DNA of 61,993 nt, the filler included, from Choristocarpus tenellus KU-1152 (Eukaryota > Protista > Phaeophyceae), in assembly GCA_964200185.2 (NCBI GenBank). It is 14 parts of 14 records of this genome, joined end to end, with 100 filler letters (N's around TTAATTAATTAA, not from the genome) between each part and the next. Parts side by side here need not be neighbours in the genome. Positions count along the whole stretch, not along the records: positions 1 to 3,556 come from CAXNAD020019292.1; positions 3,657 to 7,882 come from CAXNAD020015596.1; positions 7,983 to 11,746 come from CAXNAD020018076.1; positions 11,847 to 15,289 come from CAXNAD020019993.1; 10 more parts are not named here. One strand, 5' to 3'. Of this stretch, positions 1 to 12,319 are shown piece after piece. Numbering within the stretch: the first letter of the stretch is position 1; every line of letters starts with the position of its first letter. The position numbers and the translations under genes are program-made. Under the pieces are notes generated by a model that was not told the origin of the DNA, made no database searches, and saw nothing but the letters and a program-made list of their open reading frames with translations.

Positions 1-55
1 GGGGGGGGAAAGACATACACTTCCAAACAGCTGACTGTTGAAGTCCCTCCCTCAC

Positions 56-444
56 CTTGACTCCCAGCACATGAAGGACAGTCTCCCTTCGAAGCTGCAG
101 CCTTCCGTTTCCCCACCTTTCTAGCGAGACCTGATCAACACCCGAACCACGAGCAGCGAATCGACCAAAAAAACCAACCAAGATTTCCCCAAGGTTCACA
201 CCCTTCCCCATCTCAAGCCAGGGCTCGGTCCACTTACTTTCAGAAAGCCCTGTGTTTCCCAAATGAAAAGGCGGTTCACCAGTTTTCCTCGCGAATGAAA
301 AGGCGGTGGTGCTAGTGCAACTGGTTTCCCGCAAGAACCATCATTCACACAAAAATCGTTTTAGGAGAGAGGCCAAGGGGCACGTGTCCGTCCGTTACTG
401 AGCTGCAGCAGTCATCATTATTACCTCGTATCCATTAAAAAAGA

Positions 445-475
<31 letters not shown>

Positions 476-1864
476 TCACAGAATACAATTTTTTATTTAT
501 TTTGAAGACCAAAGTTAGTCAAGGGGTTCACGTATGTGTATGTTCTGTTTTTTTTTTAAAGAAACGTTATTCGAGAAGATTAAGAAAAAGAAAAAGAAAA
601 AGGAAAAAAACTTGCTCCCCCTCCCCCTCCTCTCCTCCTGCAACGACAACAACAAAAACAAAAAAGTCAAAATTTACTCCACACCTACAGCGCACCTACA
701 CCTGCACCGAGAGCTCCAAAAAAGCACGTGCCGCCAGGAGTCAGAGGGCCCCCTAAAACTCAGCAAGCACCCCTGCCTCAGTTACTACAACTCCCCATCA
801 ATTCCAGTACATCACTAGCCCGACCTAAAAAAGACCTCCAAATCAAATAAAAAAATAATCAAAATGAGGCACCCCAGAAGTGCCCTTAATCGTGTTAGTC
901 CACTAGACGCCATATACTCCTCACGAACGTCATGCCATTTCACCATTCAATTCACAAGTCAACCCCTCCTCCTCCTCCTCCTCCTCCTCCTCCTCCTCCT
1001 CCTCCAAGTCCGACCTCTTGCTAGGGCAACAGAGTGACTGGGATGAACGACACCCGATCAAGTCACAGAAAATAAAAATAAAACGTGATGGAAAAGAGAA
1101 GGCACACGCTCATCTCTCTCTCTCGTCCAACTCCAAATACGGAAGGCACTACGGCGGAGTGGGATACCACGCGCACGTTTTAGAGTGTACGGACCCTGCC
1201 TCAAAAAGGTATAACAGATTTGAACATCTCAAAAAGGTACGTACCTTTTCACTACAACGTACAGCAGTAACCATTAAGTATTGGAATATATATATATATA
1301 TAATAAAAAAAAAGCGGGGGGAGGGGGGGAAGCAAAGAAAGACCAATACTGCCAGGGCTGACGCTACAGAAGGGTGAGAGATCACATCAATGATCACATA
1401 AATGCAATTGCAGCAGTAGAGTTGTGTTTGCAAAAAATATTCTTATTATTCCACATAATGCGAACATTCTTGTCATGTCTGAAAAATTTGGAAACATGAC
1501 TATTGAAGTGAGAAGCGTGATCCTACACTTTAGTCTTCATCCCTGCACTTTAGTTTTCCCACCCTAATCTTTAGTCTTCCACCCTGCACTTTAGTCTTCA
1601 ACCCTACGCTTTGGTCTTCCACCCTGCACTTTAGTCTTCACCCCTACAATTTAGTCTTCCACCCTGCACTTTAGTGTTGAATTCTTTTTTTTGCAGAGAC
1701 ACCATATCCCATCGCGCATCATGACAAAAAATGGCGACGCCCTAAGAACCAACCCACCTAGAGAACCCCGCCTGATCAAGGTGATACGCCAGGAGACCAT
1801 AGAGTCTGAAGGATCCAAGTCCTCCTGTGAAGGGCTTGTCCAACCCCCTCTGATGAAGAAATAC
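56..1864 (-). CDS. Partial non-canonical poly(A) polymerase / nucleotidyltransferase (TRF4/PAPD5-like), internal exons
   Basis: Exon 1864-1758 (AG..GT bounded) encodes VFLHQRGLDKPFTGGLGSFRLYGLLAYHL, matching the TRF4/PAPD5 'K.FL.QR.L.E.FTGG.SSY.L' motif. Probable downstream exon 130-56 (VSLERWGNGRLQLRRETVLHVLGVK). Intervening exon(s) not resolved. Confidence 0.7.
1521..1678. repeat. 20-bp tandem minisatellite (~8 copies, consensus CCCTGCACTTTAGTCTTCCA)
   Basis: Visible head-to-tail units with no spacers; two unit variants alternate. Confidence 0.9.
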
Positions 1865-2190
1865 CTTTAGAACGTAAAAGGCCATCATTTCAACAAAAAA
1901 AAAGAAAAAGAAGCAAAAAAAATTAACATACAAACTTGAATTTGAAATGTTTTGGCTGATAAAAAGAACTCGTTGCATCTTTTGAGTAATGTATTTTATT
2001 TTTATGTAGTACCTCTCCAACTATTTTGCTTGCTCTGTTCACATATTTTGCAGCAGAACAATACCGGTGTATATTGTTCTGAAAATTATATATAGATGAT
2101 AAGGAACCTCATCTTTAAACGAGGAAGGTGGTGAAGCAGTAATAATAATAATAATAATAATAATAATTGGTATTTTGTTTATAGAGTGCA

Positions 2191-2312
2191 GTGGCATTCA
2201 ATCTGCTCAGTAGACGGTCCCTAACCCTAACCCTAACGTACTACTGTGTAAAAAAAACAAAAATGTTGGTTCTATATGTGAAATTAGGGTTAGGGTCAGC
2301 ACTGAATGCCAC
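2191..2312. mobile_element. Small inverted-repeat element containing (CCCTAA)n and (TTAGGG)n
   Basis: GTGGCATTCA (2191) and TGAATGCCAC (ending 2312) form perfect 10-bp inverted termini. CCCTAA repeats lie near the left end and TTAGGG repeats near the right end. Confidence 0.5.
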
Positions 2313-2723
2313 AACATCACACTCAATTGACTGTTGATATCTTTGGTCGACGGGGACCCTATTGAACTTTCACATCTCCACCAAGCAAAAAGGACCCTAT
2401 TTCAAAAAAGAACACAAAAGTCACATACCCATGGTCCCCCTACACATCAAAAGACACTCCACCACTGGAACCCGACTCCAACTTCACACACTAAAACCTT
2501 TTCAACAGAAAATTACATCTTTGGTGGGGGGGGGGGGGGGGGGGGAAAAAAAAAAAAAACATTTTTTTTGGGAGGGTGGTTTTCACCCCAAAAAAAAATA
2601 AAGGTGTATTTCACAATACCCCCAAGTATATAAAAAAANNNNNNNNNNCTCCACCCTCCTCCCCACCACCCCCACCACCCCCCCCCACACTAACCGCATA
2701 TCGTGCATAAGAACAGATGGGGT

Positions 2724-2759
<36 letters not shown>

Positions 2760-3556
2760 TAAAAAATCACTATGCTTGATACTGGACAGTTCTCTACCCT
2801 GAAAAACTTTAACTGTGATGCTCATATTCCCACAGAGTTTGAATCTATAAAAGCAAAGAAAAGTCTACAATCTCAAAACACCCCCCACACGCAGTAGGAT
2901 TGTCACCCGGGACATCGATGATCAACACGGGTACTTTTTTTACTTTTCATAAACATTGTACGGCGATGTTAGGGTTAGGGTTAGGGTTAGGGTTAGTACT
3001 ATGCTGTACAAAAATGTTGTAGAGCGCTGTACTGCCACATGGTTGGTTTTATATATATCGATATATGTATATATTGAGTGGCACACAACGTGATTGGTAT
3101 ACACACCTTACACACATACACACACACAGAAATGCTTTCGTTAAAAAAAAAAGAACGGAATGAGATAAGTAGAACTAAATCTAAAAAAGTTTAGAAAGTT
3201 CAGTGAAGTCGATGAAATTCTTCCCCCAGATAGGGTTAGGGTTAGGGCTAGGGCTATAGGGCTATAGGGCTAAGAACGGACTAGAAATTAATTAGGGGAG
3301 AGAAACAACAGGTGTTCAAAAAAAAAAAGTAAAAAAGACTTGAGAAAAAAAAAAAAATGAAGAGTATTAAGAAGACGTGTGTATGTATGTACATGACTGA
3401 GAGGGTAAGAAGGGAACCGAGCAAGGATGCCATCGATATATCTCAATCGTGGAATGAGGGATATAGCAGTATGGCATAAACAAACCCGAGATTGAAGGAA
3501 CAAAGGCAGGGGTCAAAGTATCTGAGGAGGGGGGGGGGGGGGTGGGGGGGGGGGGG

Positions 3557-3656
3557 NNNNNNNNNNNNNNNNNNNNNNNNNNNNNNNNNNNNNNNNNNNN
3601 TTAATTAATTAANNNNNNNNNNNNNNNNNNNNNNNNNNNNNNNNNNNNNNNNNNNN
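3557..3656. other. Artificial contig linker (first of 13)
   Basis: N44-TTAATTAATTAA-N44 with stops in all six frames. Identical linkers at 7883-7982, 11747-11846, 15290-15389, 21920-22019, 33159-33258, 36532-36631, 40642-40741, 43312-43411, 47352-47451, 50682-50781, 55837-55936 and 58729-58828. Confidence 0.98.
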
Positions 3657-3849
3657 CGCTGATTCTCTTCGCCACCCTTGCCTGAGTGAACCACACCGCC
3701 ACAGAATCACACGATTCACATATACTACGAATTTCATTTTCATTATGTCGAGGACGCCTTGTGTTGTACAAGGCATCCCAATGTCACCATCACACCACTT
3801 CACCACTACGTCTAACCCTGGAAAGTCAATACCGATACAGGATTCTTGG

Positions 3850-5450
3850 AACACCGAATCATGGCTTATGATGATGCAGTCACGGGCATAGGCTTCGAGC
3901 TGAATGCTGCGGTGTCATGGGTAGTGAAGAGACTGAAGAACACGTGCGGTTCAAAGATGATCGCTGATCATTTGAAGTCTTACCAACCGGTTCCCGTCGC
4001 CTATGCATCAAGGTCCGTGAAGGATTGCAGAAGCATAGTTTCACGGAATTTGAGACACGCCTTGGCAACGCAAGCATGCATGGAAGTGGCGGTCCCTGGA
4101 TTCTTGAAGTGGTTAGGAGAGGAAGCCCCAGACTTGACCCCCCCCCAACTCTTACGAAGGAAGCGTTGGTGCAGGCAACATTGGGAATGAGGAAGAAGAC
4201 CATTCCGAAGATATTCCTAAGTGTGAACACATCGGTATGGTCCAGGTAGACTAAGGTGCAGAAGATTGTCACCAACGTGTACATCCCCCTCTGGCTGACG
4301 TGAGTATGAGATTAGATTTTGCTTGAGCTCCTGTTTATTGCACTTCACTTTCGTAGATTACATACCTGAAATCTATAATCACAACGCTCATTGGGAAGTA
4401 TCTTAACATACACACATCCAACACCTTTCTTGCTTCCCAGTCTTGTTCCCGGAGGAAAGTTGCGGTCTGGGGAGCAGGAGACGGACAGTCTGCAGAAGCT
4501 GTGCGACTGGTTGTGAGAGGAACAGGAGAAATAGAGGATTACTGAGAGTACCATCGATCTTGTTGGAGGGGGGGAGGATGAAGGCGAATCTCCAGCAACG
4601 TTTGAGGCTAAAGTGGTGGGTTCTGATTCAGGAGGTCCCACTTCCAGTCCTGTTAGCACCACCCCAGAAAGGACCAGCGATGAACTACCCTCTCCTACAT
4701 CAGGGGGGATACCTTTGCCCCAGGTTTCCCCTATTCCCCCCCCTCCAAAAAAATGCCAGATTGTTGGGTCCCTCCATATCTTCTCCTGTTTGTAGTATAT
4801 GGACCCCTGTCCAATGATGTGCTCCAAGACTTTGACATGAGTATGTGTGAGGGATCCCCACAAGAAGGGTTCACATCCTCATGTGACTTTAGCAAGGATG
4901 GGGGTTCGGTGGGGTCCTCTTCAACAAGGGTATGGAGGCAATGAGGAGGTTCAGGCTAGAAGCAAACCCAGGATAGAGGAGCGGACAGCAGATACGGAGG
5001 GCTGCTGAGGAGGACTTGAAGTTGGAAGCAGAGTCAAGGGGAAAAAGTAGGATGGACGACCACATCTTTAGTGCCCTCGTATCCACATTGGATGATACGG
5101 CTAGAGACATGAGGTGACACGTAGACATAATGGCTGAAAGGCTACGGCTAGGGAAGATAAGCACAAATTTGACGGACTGCTCAAGGCTGCTAAGCAAGCT
5201 TGGAGGACTTTTGAGAAGAGTGGTGATACTGTTCAGGCAAAGTTCTGTAGGAAACGATATGAGCTGGTGGCAGTGAGGTTGGACGAGAATATCGGTGATG
5301 CTGGGATGATGTTGGGAAGTGGTGAGACAGTGGTGAAGGGGGGCTCAGGGGATTTGGAGCTAGATAGTGGCGAAGAGGGGGTTGACTTGGGGGCTTTGGG
5401 GACAGGCAGCAGTAGTGGGGGGATAGACTTGGGGAATCAGTTGTGACAAC
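3850..5450 (+). pseudogene. Decayed PIF/Harbinger accessory (Myb/SANT-like) ORF
   Basis: Reads SVWSR*TKVQKIVTNVYIPLWL, then an intron (~4300-4440), then LVPGGKLRSGEQETDSLQKLCDWL*. This resembles the 'RW..I.K.V..F...SG..E.D' pattern of Harbinger ORF1 proteins, with Trp codons mutated to stops. It converges on a Harbinger transposase. Confidence 0.5.
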
Positions 5451-6005
5451 ACAGCTTCCATTGTGGTGCTCAGTAGTCTTTTACAGTGGTGCAATGCACC
5501 TAGGTGTACCATCATCACACTGGACGGGATTGGCAAATCTTTGTTTGAATCTGAGGTAATTTGTTATTTTATGGAATTTCTTTTTGTCTGAAAGTCCTCT
5601 TATCTTGAGCTTCTGATGCATAACCAAACAAAGCTGTTGACCCTGACCTTGTATCATGACCTCGAGCAATGTTAAAGTAACGATGGTGATCCCAGTGCTC
5701 TACAGAAGGTTGTTTAGGGTATAATATTATCCACTACTCAGAACGAAGTGAGCTGCTCTTGTCCATGAGGACAATCTTTACCTAAGTACATTGTCAACAA
5801 TCAGTGGCAATTAATCTTTCATTTTGACTGTTGACTCTCAGTCACTCTCTACATTGTACTGACAAACGACTCTTTGTCCTGTATTACGTCTTCCTACATC
5901 TCCTTGTGTGTACTTTACATAAGTAAAGTACCAATTGTACCGTTCACGATCACATAAAGTGTCAATAGCACAAATGTAAAACACTGTTTGACAAGCAAGA
6001 TTCCA

Positions 6006-7530
6006 TCATCGAGACCTCATCCAAATAACCTCTCGGTTTTCTTCCTTGTACTTGTAGTGTGCTATGAGCTTATTCCTAAGCTCATCAAATCCCATCACCC
6101 TCTCCACATACTCTTCAGATCCCCCTCCCCCCTGGTCCCTTGGCATGCCCATCCGTGTGAAATCAGTGTAAGGGTCACTGTAGAAGCCATCATGCAGACC
6201 AGCATCCCCTGTCCAATAAGTGTTGCCCTCTAACTCTCCAAGGTCATCAAATGAATGAAGCATATTTTGCAATATGCAGCACGTGAAATTTTTTGTTATC
6301 TATCTTCTTCCTATGCGAATATAGTAGTGGCAGGTTGAGGATTCTGAAGCGACCCTCGAATCTGCCAAAAAAGCATTCGACTTCCTTGCGTACGGTCTCC
6401 ACTCGTTCGCTCCACCTTGCCTGCGCCTGTATGACAGATACCCTCAGGGGGCATGTTGTGCACCTCCACTGCAAATGCAAAGATCGGATTGGGCAGAGGA
6501 ATGTTGACTTGCTAGTTTGATGAGCACTCATTCTCACAGGAGCTAAACCTAACATAGACATGGCCGTACAGTCACGTTTTTCCTTTCACCTTTTGGTAGC
6601 TCCCATCGACAAGGACATAGGCCCCTTTCTCGGTGAAACAGTTCCCGACGGAGTCCTTGATGTTTTACTCCAGCTGTCTGTATGTGGGTTCATTCCTAAG
6701 TTGCTGGATCGCACCATCATATCGAATTATTGTCTTACCGTTTTTGGCTCCAGGAAACCCAGCAGGCACTCCCCGTGCAAATCCAGTATGGTCAACGGTC
6801 ACTTCATAGGCGACCGTCGCGTAACCTTCCTTACCAATGTAATACGGAGCATGACTAATAGGTGCCCTCTCCCACCGCACATGTGCCACATCAGTGGATC
6901 CCTCAGCACCAGGAAACCCCACAGCTCCATACTTGCGTATGACCTCTCCCAAATGTTTGCCCTCTGGTAAATAAATCCAACTCGAGTACGTATCACACGC
7001 AAAACACTCACAGAAGCAGTGAGCCGTGGTTTGTGCTGTGCTCTCAGATACACTGCAGAAATTTGCTCGATATCATCAAAGCAGTTTCCCCTGGCGAGGA
7101 TTTGGAGGACTGATAGCACCTGCAGGTGGCAAGTCACATCCAGTACTTTCAGATAGAAGGACGTTTGAATCTACGAGCCCTATCAAGGTAGCCCTTTCAC
7201 ACTCAAAGTCTACTGGCGGGTATACTCACCTTCAGCTTCACGGGTATGCCAGGGCGTCCGGTGGCATCTGCGGTTCGACAATCAAGCCACCCCTGCCTTT
7301 CTGTTACAGGCGCCCCTCAATGCTCACCTTTCCAGGATGTACAAGTCAAATCCAATTCACAGACCAATGCACGTCAGCTCAGCAGAACAGCAGTACTCTC
7401 AAGTGAATCAAGTGGCACAAGAAAAATGTGTATATTGGTATCAGTTAAGAGAGAACTGAATAGGTAGGGCTCTCTGGATCAGAAGAACTGAGCCGTTTGT
7501 AGTCGTTTTTAAGATCTCTTATCATCATTT
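6006..7530 (-). pseudogene. PIF/Harbinger transposase pseudogene (DDE_Tnp_4 / Plant_tran type)
   Basis: Frameshifted fragments: LSVLQILARGNCFDDI, GFPGAEGSTDVAHVRWERAP..YIGKEGYATVAYEVTVDH..GFPGAKNGKTI, WSERVETVRKEVECFFGRFEGRFRIL and QNMLHSFD. These are canonical Harbinger transposase motifs in the correct order. Confidence 0.88.
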
Positions 7531-7982
7531 ACCGTTGGGGCTTCTTTGGTTTACAAACATTGGAATATATCTGAGAACCTTTGCGACCTTTCTATCTGGG
7601 ACCCTTTGCAACTACCCGAGTTACAGACTTTATTCTGCAACTTTTAGGCAAATCGGAGTTCCCCCTTTTAGGGTTCCCCACGCGCGTATACTGCCCGCGC
7701 TGGTTAAAGCGCGGGAAGAAATACTCTCGCTATTTGCCTGTAACATGCCTTCCAGCGTGAACTAGGTATACATGTTTCACGCTTACCACAGGCGATTGTC
7801 ACCGGTTAATACAATAGATATTACCTGTCACCTAAGATCACGCTGTAAACAGTGGATTTTCAAAATTGAGGATGGAGCGGGANNNNNNNNNNNNNNNNNN
7901 NNNNNNNNNNNNNNNNNNNNNNNNNNTTAATTAATTAANNNNNNNNNNNNNNNNNNNNNNNNNNNNNNNNNNNNNNNNNNNN

Positions 7983-8062
7983 ATATACATATAATTTTCG
8001 TTGGTTTCCCCCCTGACACATCTGCAAAATCTCAGAGGGCATAATAATAATAATAAAATAAA
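7983..8062 (+). repeat. Dispersed repeat: stem-loop followed by (ATA)n tail (probable LINE/SINE 3' end)
   Basis: GGTTTCCCCCCTGACACATCTGCAAAATCTCAGAGGGC-ATAATAATAA. Reverse-strand copies at 15150-15289 (two in tandem) and a partial copy at ~54400-54442. Confidence 0.65.
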
Positions 8063-8379
8063 TTACTACAATAACGATTATATACCACATCAATTCTGTG
8101 CCGTTTGTTTCGGGCATGCCCATGAGTGAACAAAATCGGGGTACCTACTGTACCTTACACATTACTTTTATGCGTTGATATAAGTGATGTGGAAACAATT
8201 CATACCTAATAATATTATTAATTATTTTATCTACAACAACAAAAAACATGCACTATACTACTAACTACCAGTGCTACACAACAGTGGCAGCATTTTAAAG
8301 TTGATTACAGGTCTACAAATAATAGTCTATCTCTTTTAACGCTACAACAATAATTACACCAGTGTTCAGGGTTCAAATG

Positions 8380-9290
8380 CGATATGATGATTGTAGGTTG
8401 CACCTTCCTGGCTCGCGTTGCAGGGTGTGCGGCTACTAACCGAAGGCAATGGGCGGTTCTGGTACTCTTGCTGTTGAGCAGTCAGGCGGAAAAAAGTGCG
8501 CAGGGAGGAGGTTCTCAACACCATTCCCTTGGCAAGGGGCACCCTCCTCAGCTGTCGATCCCTTTCTGTCGTAAGCATGCTTCTGTCGGAAATCTGTGGA
8601 TGCCTTTATGGGATGATGATAACGCAATGGTGGCAGTGGAAAAGCGAGTTGTCGTGTTCGGTGGAACGGGGTGAGTACAGTCGCGACCATCCCAGAGTAT
8701 CTAGGAACAAAGCCCTGATGCCACCAAACAGGGTTTACACAATCCTGGTACGAAGGGTAGTCTACTGGATCCATGGAATCAGAAAACCTCTGTCAGGTGG
8801 AAATTGCGATATAACTTCGACATCGACTCCTGTCCTTCCACCTATTCCTCGACATGTAATCCAGCTTGTTCCCTGACCCCTCTATGGCAGGCTGAACTAC
8901 TTGGAGGAGAGAAACCCCTCCAGCGATTCGCTTACGATCCTGGATGACATGTGGGCTCTTCACATCAAGAATAATGGCTTCGTTTGGAAGCAGGTAAAGG
9001 TGGCAAATATGGGGAAAGAGAGGGGACATCAATGTTGACCTCGTACCATTGTAATGTATCTCACCCTACCGAGGTGGTGGATTGGTCTTTCTGAAGATGC
9101 GTGGCGGAAAATCTCGCGATTAAAGTCCTCAAAGACTCACTCGATCCTCTCTGCTGCATATCCTTGTCTTTGTCCTCTTCCCGTCCCCGATGGTTCCCGT
9201 AAGGTGGGGATGCATGGAAGTCACCCCTCTGGCCGCTTCAAGTCAAGTGCTGCGCTTTTAAACCAGAGCAGGAGGTCAGTGGAGTGGCAA
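8380..9290 (-). pseudogene. Possible highly decayed Penelope-like/retroelement RT fragment
   Basis: Weak motifs only: HLYLLP..KSPHVI..RIAG (cf. FY.LPK.HK...GRPI), LAFPLPPLRYH and EPPIAF (cf. PLE RT-to-GIY-YIG linker). Many stops and frameshifts. Confidence 0.3.
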
Positions 9291-10158
9291 TCTACCTAAT
9301 TATGTGTTCACGTGTATAAATTTTTATGTTTACATGTATATTGCATGTATATTGCTCTTTTGTTGAGTATAGAGAAGGGAGTACTATTGCAATATGAATT
9401 TGGGCAGGATTGTTTTGAACAAAGGGGGCAACAGAGGTGGTGAGCAAGCCCTTGGAGAGTAGGATCGGTTGGTGAATAATTTCATACTTGCTCAAGTTTA
9501 CTACGCCAGGGCGTATTTCCACCAACAGGTCTTATCACCCAATCGATCGCCACTTTCTTTTGTATCTTTGTGAGCGGGTCGACCCACTACCCACCTCAAT
9601 CTATAGCACCCTTAACGCCCTTGATATATCATGCCTTTTATTTTACCCACCTAACATCTCCTTCTTGTCATATGCTTGTGCACACATGCGCTCACTTACA
9701 CCATGGCACACGTGAAGGCACTGTTTGTCAAGATTTTTTATTCTTTTTTTGTTCTATTTTTTCTTTTTGCGTTGTCAGAGTTTTTATAGAGGTTTGTCAC
9801 TCTTCGTCACTCGATTATTTATATTTTATTTATTTTTGCACTGGCAGGCCGAACTGTCCTTCTGTACATCTATCCAAGTGCTCTGTGTCGAACACTCCTT
9901 TTTAGATGTGTTGCTCCCAGCAGGAAGGCGTGCTTTCTTTTTTTTCTCACTGATTGTCCCTGGGAGCTAATGGTATCCGTATCTCATACTACTTGCCCAA
10001 GTAACTACACACGGGTAGTTCATACACCACATCACAAGTAGTATTATGCATGGTAGTATTGTTTTTGTTAGTCTCTCCTCCAACAACATACACCCCATGC
10101 CAGCACACCTCTCGACATCACCCCCCCCCCCCCCCTCCCCCAACCCCTGTAATTGTAG

Positions 10159-10474
10159 CATGGTGATTTATGGAGGTGAAGGACACTTAGGTGTGTTGGA
10201 CAGTGAACGAGAAACAGAGAGAGTGGAAGGCAAAGACACTTATGAACTTGGCGATTTGTGGCTGTTCACTCCCCCCCCCCTGCAGAATGATGGTACAGCA
10301 GATGAGAGGTCCCGCCATGAATGGGTGTCACTTGAGGCTGGGGGGGTTATGCCAGGCGCACGGCATGGCACAGTGATGTCAGTGGTTGGGAATAACAGCC
10401 TTGTCCTGCAGGGAGGGATAAAGGTGCCTTTATTCATACACTCAAATGCTCACATAGTACATAACATACATACA

Positions 10475-10525
<51 letters not shown>

Positions 10526-11306
10526 AACACACACACGTGCAGATTGACATTCACAAGAGCTCAAATGCACTGTAGCTCTTCCAAACAGTAAGGTAGGATA
10601 GGATTGATCACATGTGTATTGATACTCACACGGATCTCTTCCAAACAGAAGACACTGCAAATGTCGAAACTTCTCCTGCCTCTTGCTTGCTGCCTCTCCG
10701 GCCACTTTTCTTTTTTTCATCCCTACTACAGTTCGAGTTAGGGTTAGGGTTAGGGTTAGGGTTAGGGTTAACTTATGATGTACGTATCTCCCTTTTTTCT
10801 AGTAGTCATTTCGACTGTTGTTCCCTCCGGTGGTGCACTTGCTCGCCACAACGATAGCGCCTCAGAGAACAGAGCAGTGGGTTAGGGTTAGGGTTAGGGT
10901 TAGGGTTATCAAACATTCCCATAGCACCCAGCAAGTATTACTAATAATGGTTCACTTCTTGAGCTATTTGTCTTGTTGAATGTATGTGTCGACTACCCCG
11001 TATCCTTCGAGAGTCTAGATAGCTACGTGCTTGCCAAGCATGAAGGTCGCACTATGTATTTGTTTCCCCCTCTCCCCGAGACACTCACAGAAAGCCCTAA
11101 CAGTCACAACCCTTGCCCGTGACGATTTTATCTTGGCCTTTAACTTCGGTAAGGGAGAGGGAGAGTATGACTGCGACCCCGGTCTATTTTTGCTCCGCCT
11201 TGATGCTGACAAACCTCAATGGGGGGAGGGGAGCCCGCTGCCCGGGACTTGTGTATGGGGACACAGCGCCAACACAGTGGAACTCCCTAATGCAACTGGA
11301 CCAAAG
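10159..11306 (+). CDS. Partial Kelch-repeat protein (exons 10159-10423, 11091-11306)
   Basis: AG/GT-bounded exons encode MVIYGG...GDLWLF...W......MPGARHGTVMSVVGNNSLVLQGG and QW..GSPLPGTCVWGHSANTV, the GG/W/RxGH Kelch signatures. Confidence 0.75.
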
Positions 11307-11595
11307 GTGACAACACGAAACAAGATTGTGGACAAATGACAACAGTAATAAAACACAATGGGGGGGAAGGGGGGGGAGGGGGTTGATATTGGCGTCGGTT
11401 TTTCTAGTCTAGGTCGCAGTAGTCTCAGCGGGTTAGGGTTAGGGTTAGGGTTAGGGGATCGATTGTTCGGTGATGGATATTGATCTGATCATTAAAATAA
11501 TTGTTTTTCTTATGAGAGGGATTGATTGCTGAAGGGATACTCTTTTTTTTATTCAGGAGTTTTTTTTTTTTGGCTTTCCCCCGGTGTCAGAGGCA

Positions 11596-11643
<48 letters not shown>

Positions 11644-11877
11644 CGTTGTGAGAGTTGGCCAGTTGACACCAACAAAAGAGGTGTCTCTGCAGTTACACCG
11701 CCTTCTGTACTCTTGTACAAGTTTTACATGGAAAAGCGTGTGCGGGNNNNNNNNNNNNNNNNNNNNNNNNNNNNNNNNNNNNNNNNNNNNTTAATTAATT
11801 AANNNNNNNNNNNNNNNNNNNNNNNNNNNNNNNNNNNNNNNNNNNNAGAGGTCTGTTCGTCAGATCCCCCGGTCAAT

Positions 11878-12055
11878 GGCTGAAAGTTTGTGGGCGGTGG
11901 GGTAGCAGCTGTCCATTTGGGGCACATTTTTCCTTGTCGCAATTTGTTGGTGATTTGGTTGCATGTGTTGGATGGATAATGTAAATACACTTTTCCTGGT
12001 CAGGGCCCAAATGATCACCCTGGTGTAGACCCCCCCCCCCCAGATACTTTGAGTC
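11878..12055. mobile_element. MITE family B (~180 bp), TSD AAT
   Basis: Degenerate left TIR GGCTGAAAGTTTGTGG, right TIR CCAGATACTTTGAGTC, AAT on both flanks. Homologous to copies at 14361, 38467, 40413 and 47250. Confidence 0.8.
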
Positions 12056-12319
12056 AATCTCAGCGCAACGCAGAAAATAGGTACCACGTGGTATAGTTGA
12101 GTATCTTGTTAATTGTGAATCAATTCATGCAGTGTCCAGGAAGAACGTTCAACATACTTGAAGCTTGAAAAAAATCGATCTAGATGACAAGATTAATTGA
12201 CCCTGCTCAAGTTACATTTGTTTTGTCCAACGTGGGGATACCAACAAGGATGTAGTTTAACTATTCTCCCCTTCCTTTTCTTGCTCACTGTTGTCTGTGA
12301 CTGTTTTTGGTTATATCAG

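Noticed and set aside
1521-1678. CRISPR-like array
   Set aside because: Units are contiguous with no unique spacers; no cas genes; eukaryotic context.
3557-3656. Recurring TTAATTAATTAA motif and any gene clustering across it
   Set aside because: Artificial linker; neighbouring contigs are not physically adjacent.
4240-4540. In-frame TGA/TAG as selenocysteine or alternative genetic code
   Set aside because: They occur only in decayed transposon ORFs together with frameshifts; host genes use the standard code.
11714-11730. 17-nt identity (TGTACAAGTTTTACATG) with the last prenyltransferase exon
   Set aside because: Flanks do not align; probably chance.
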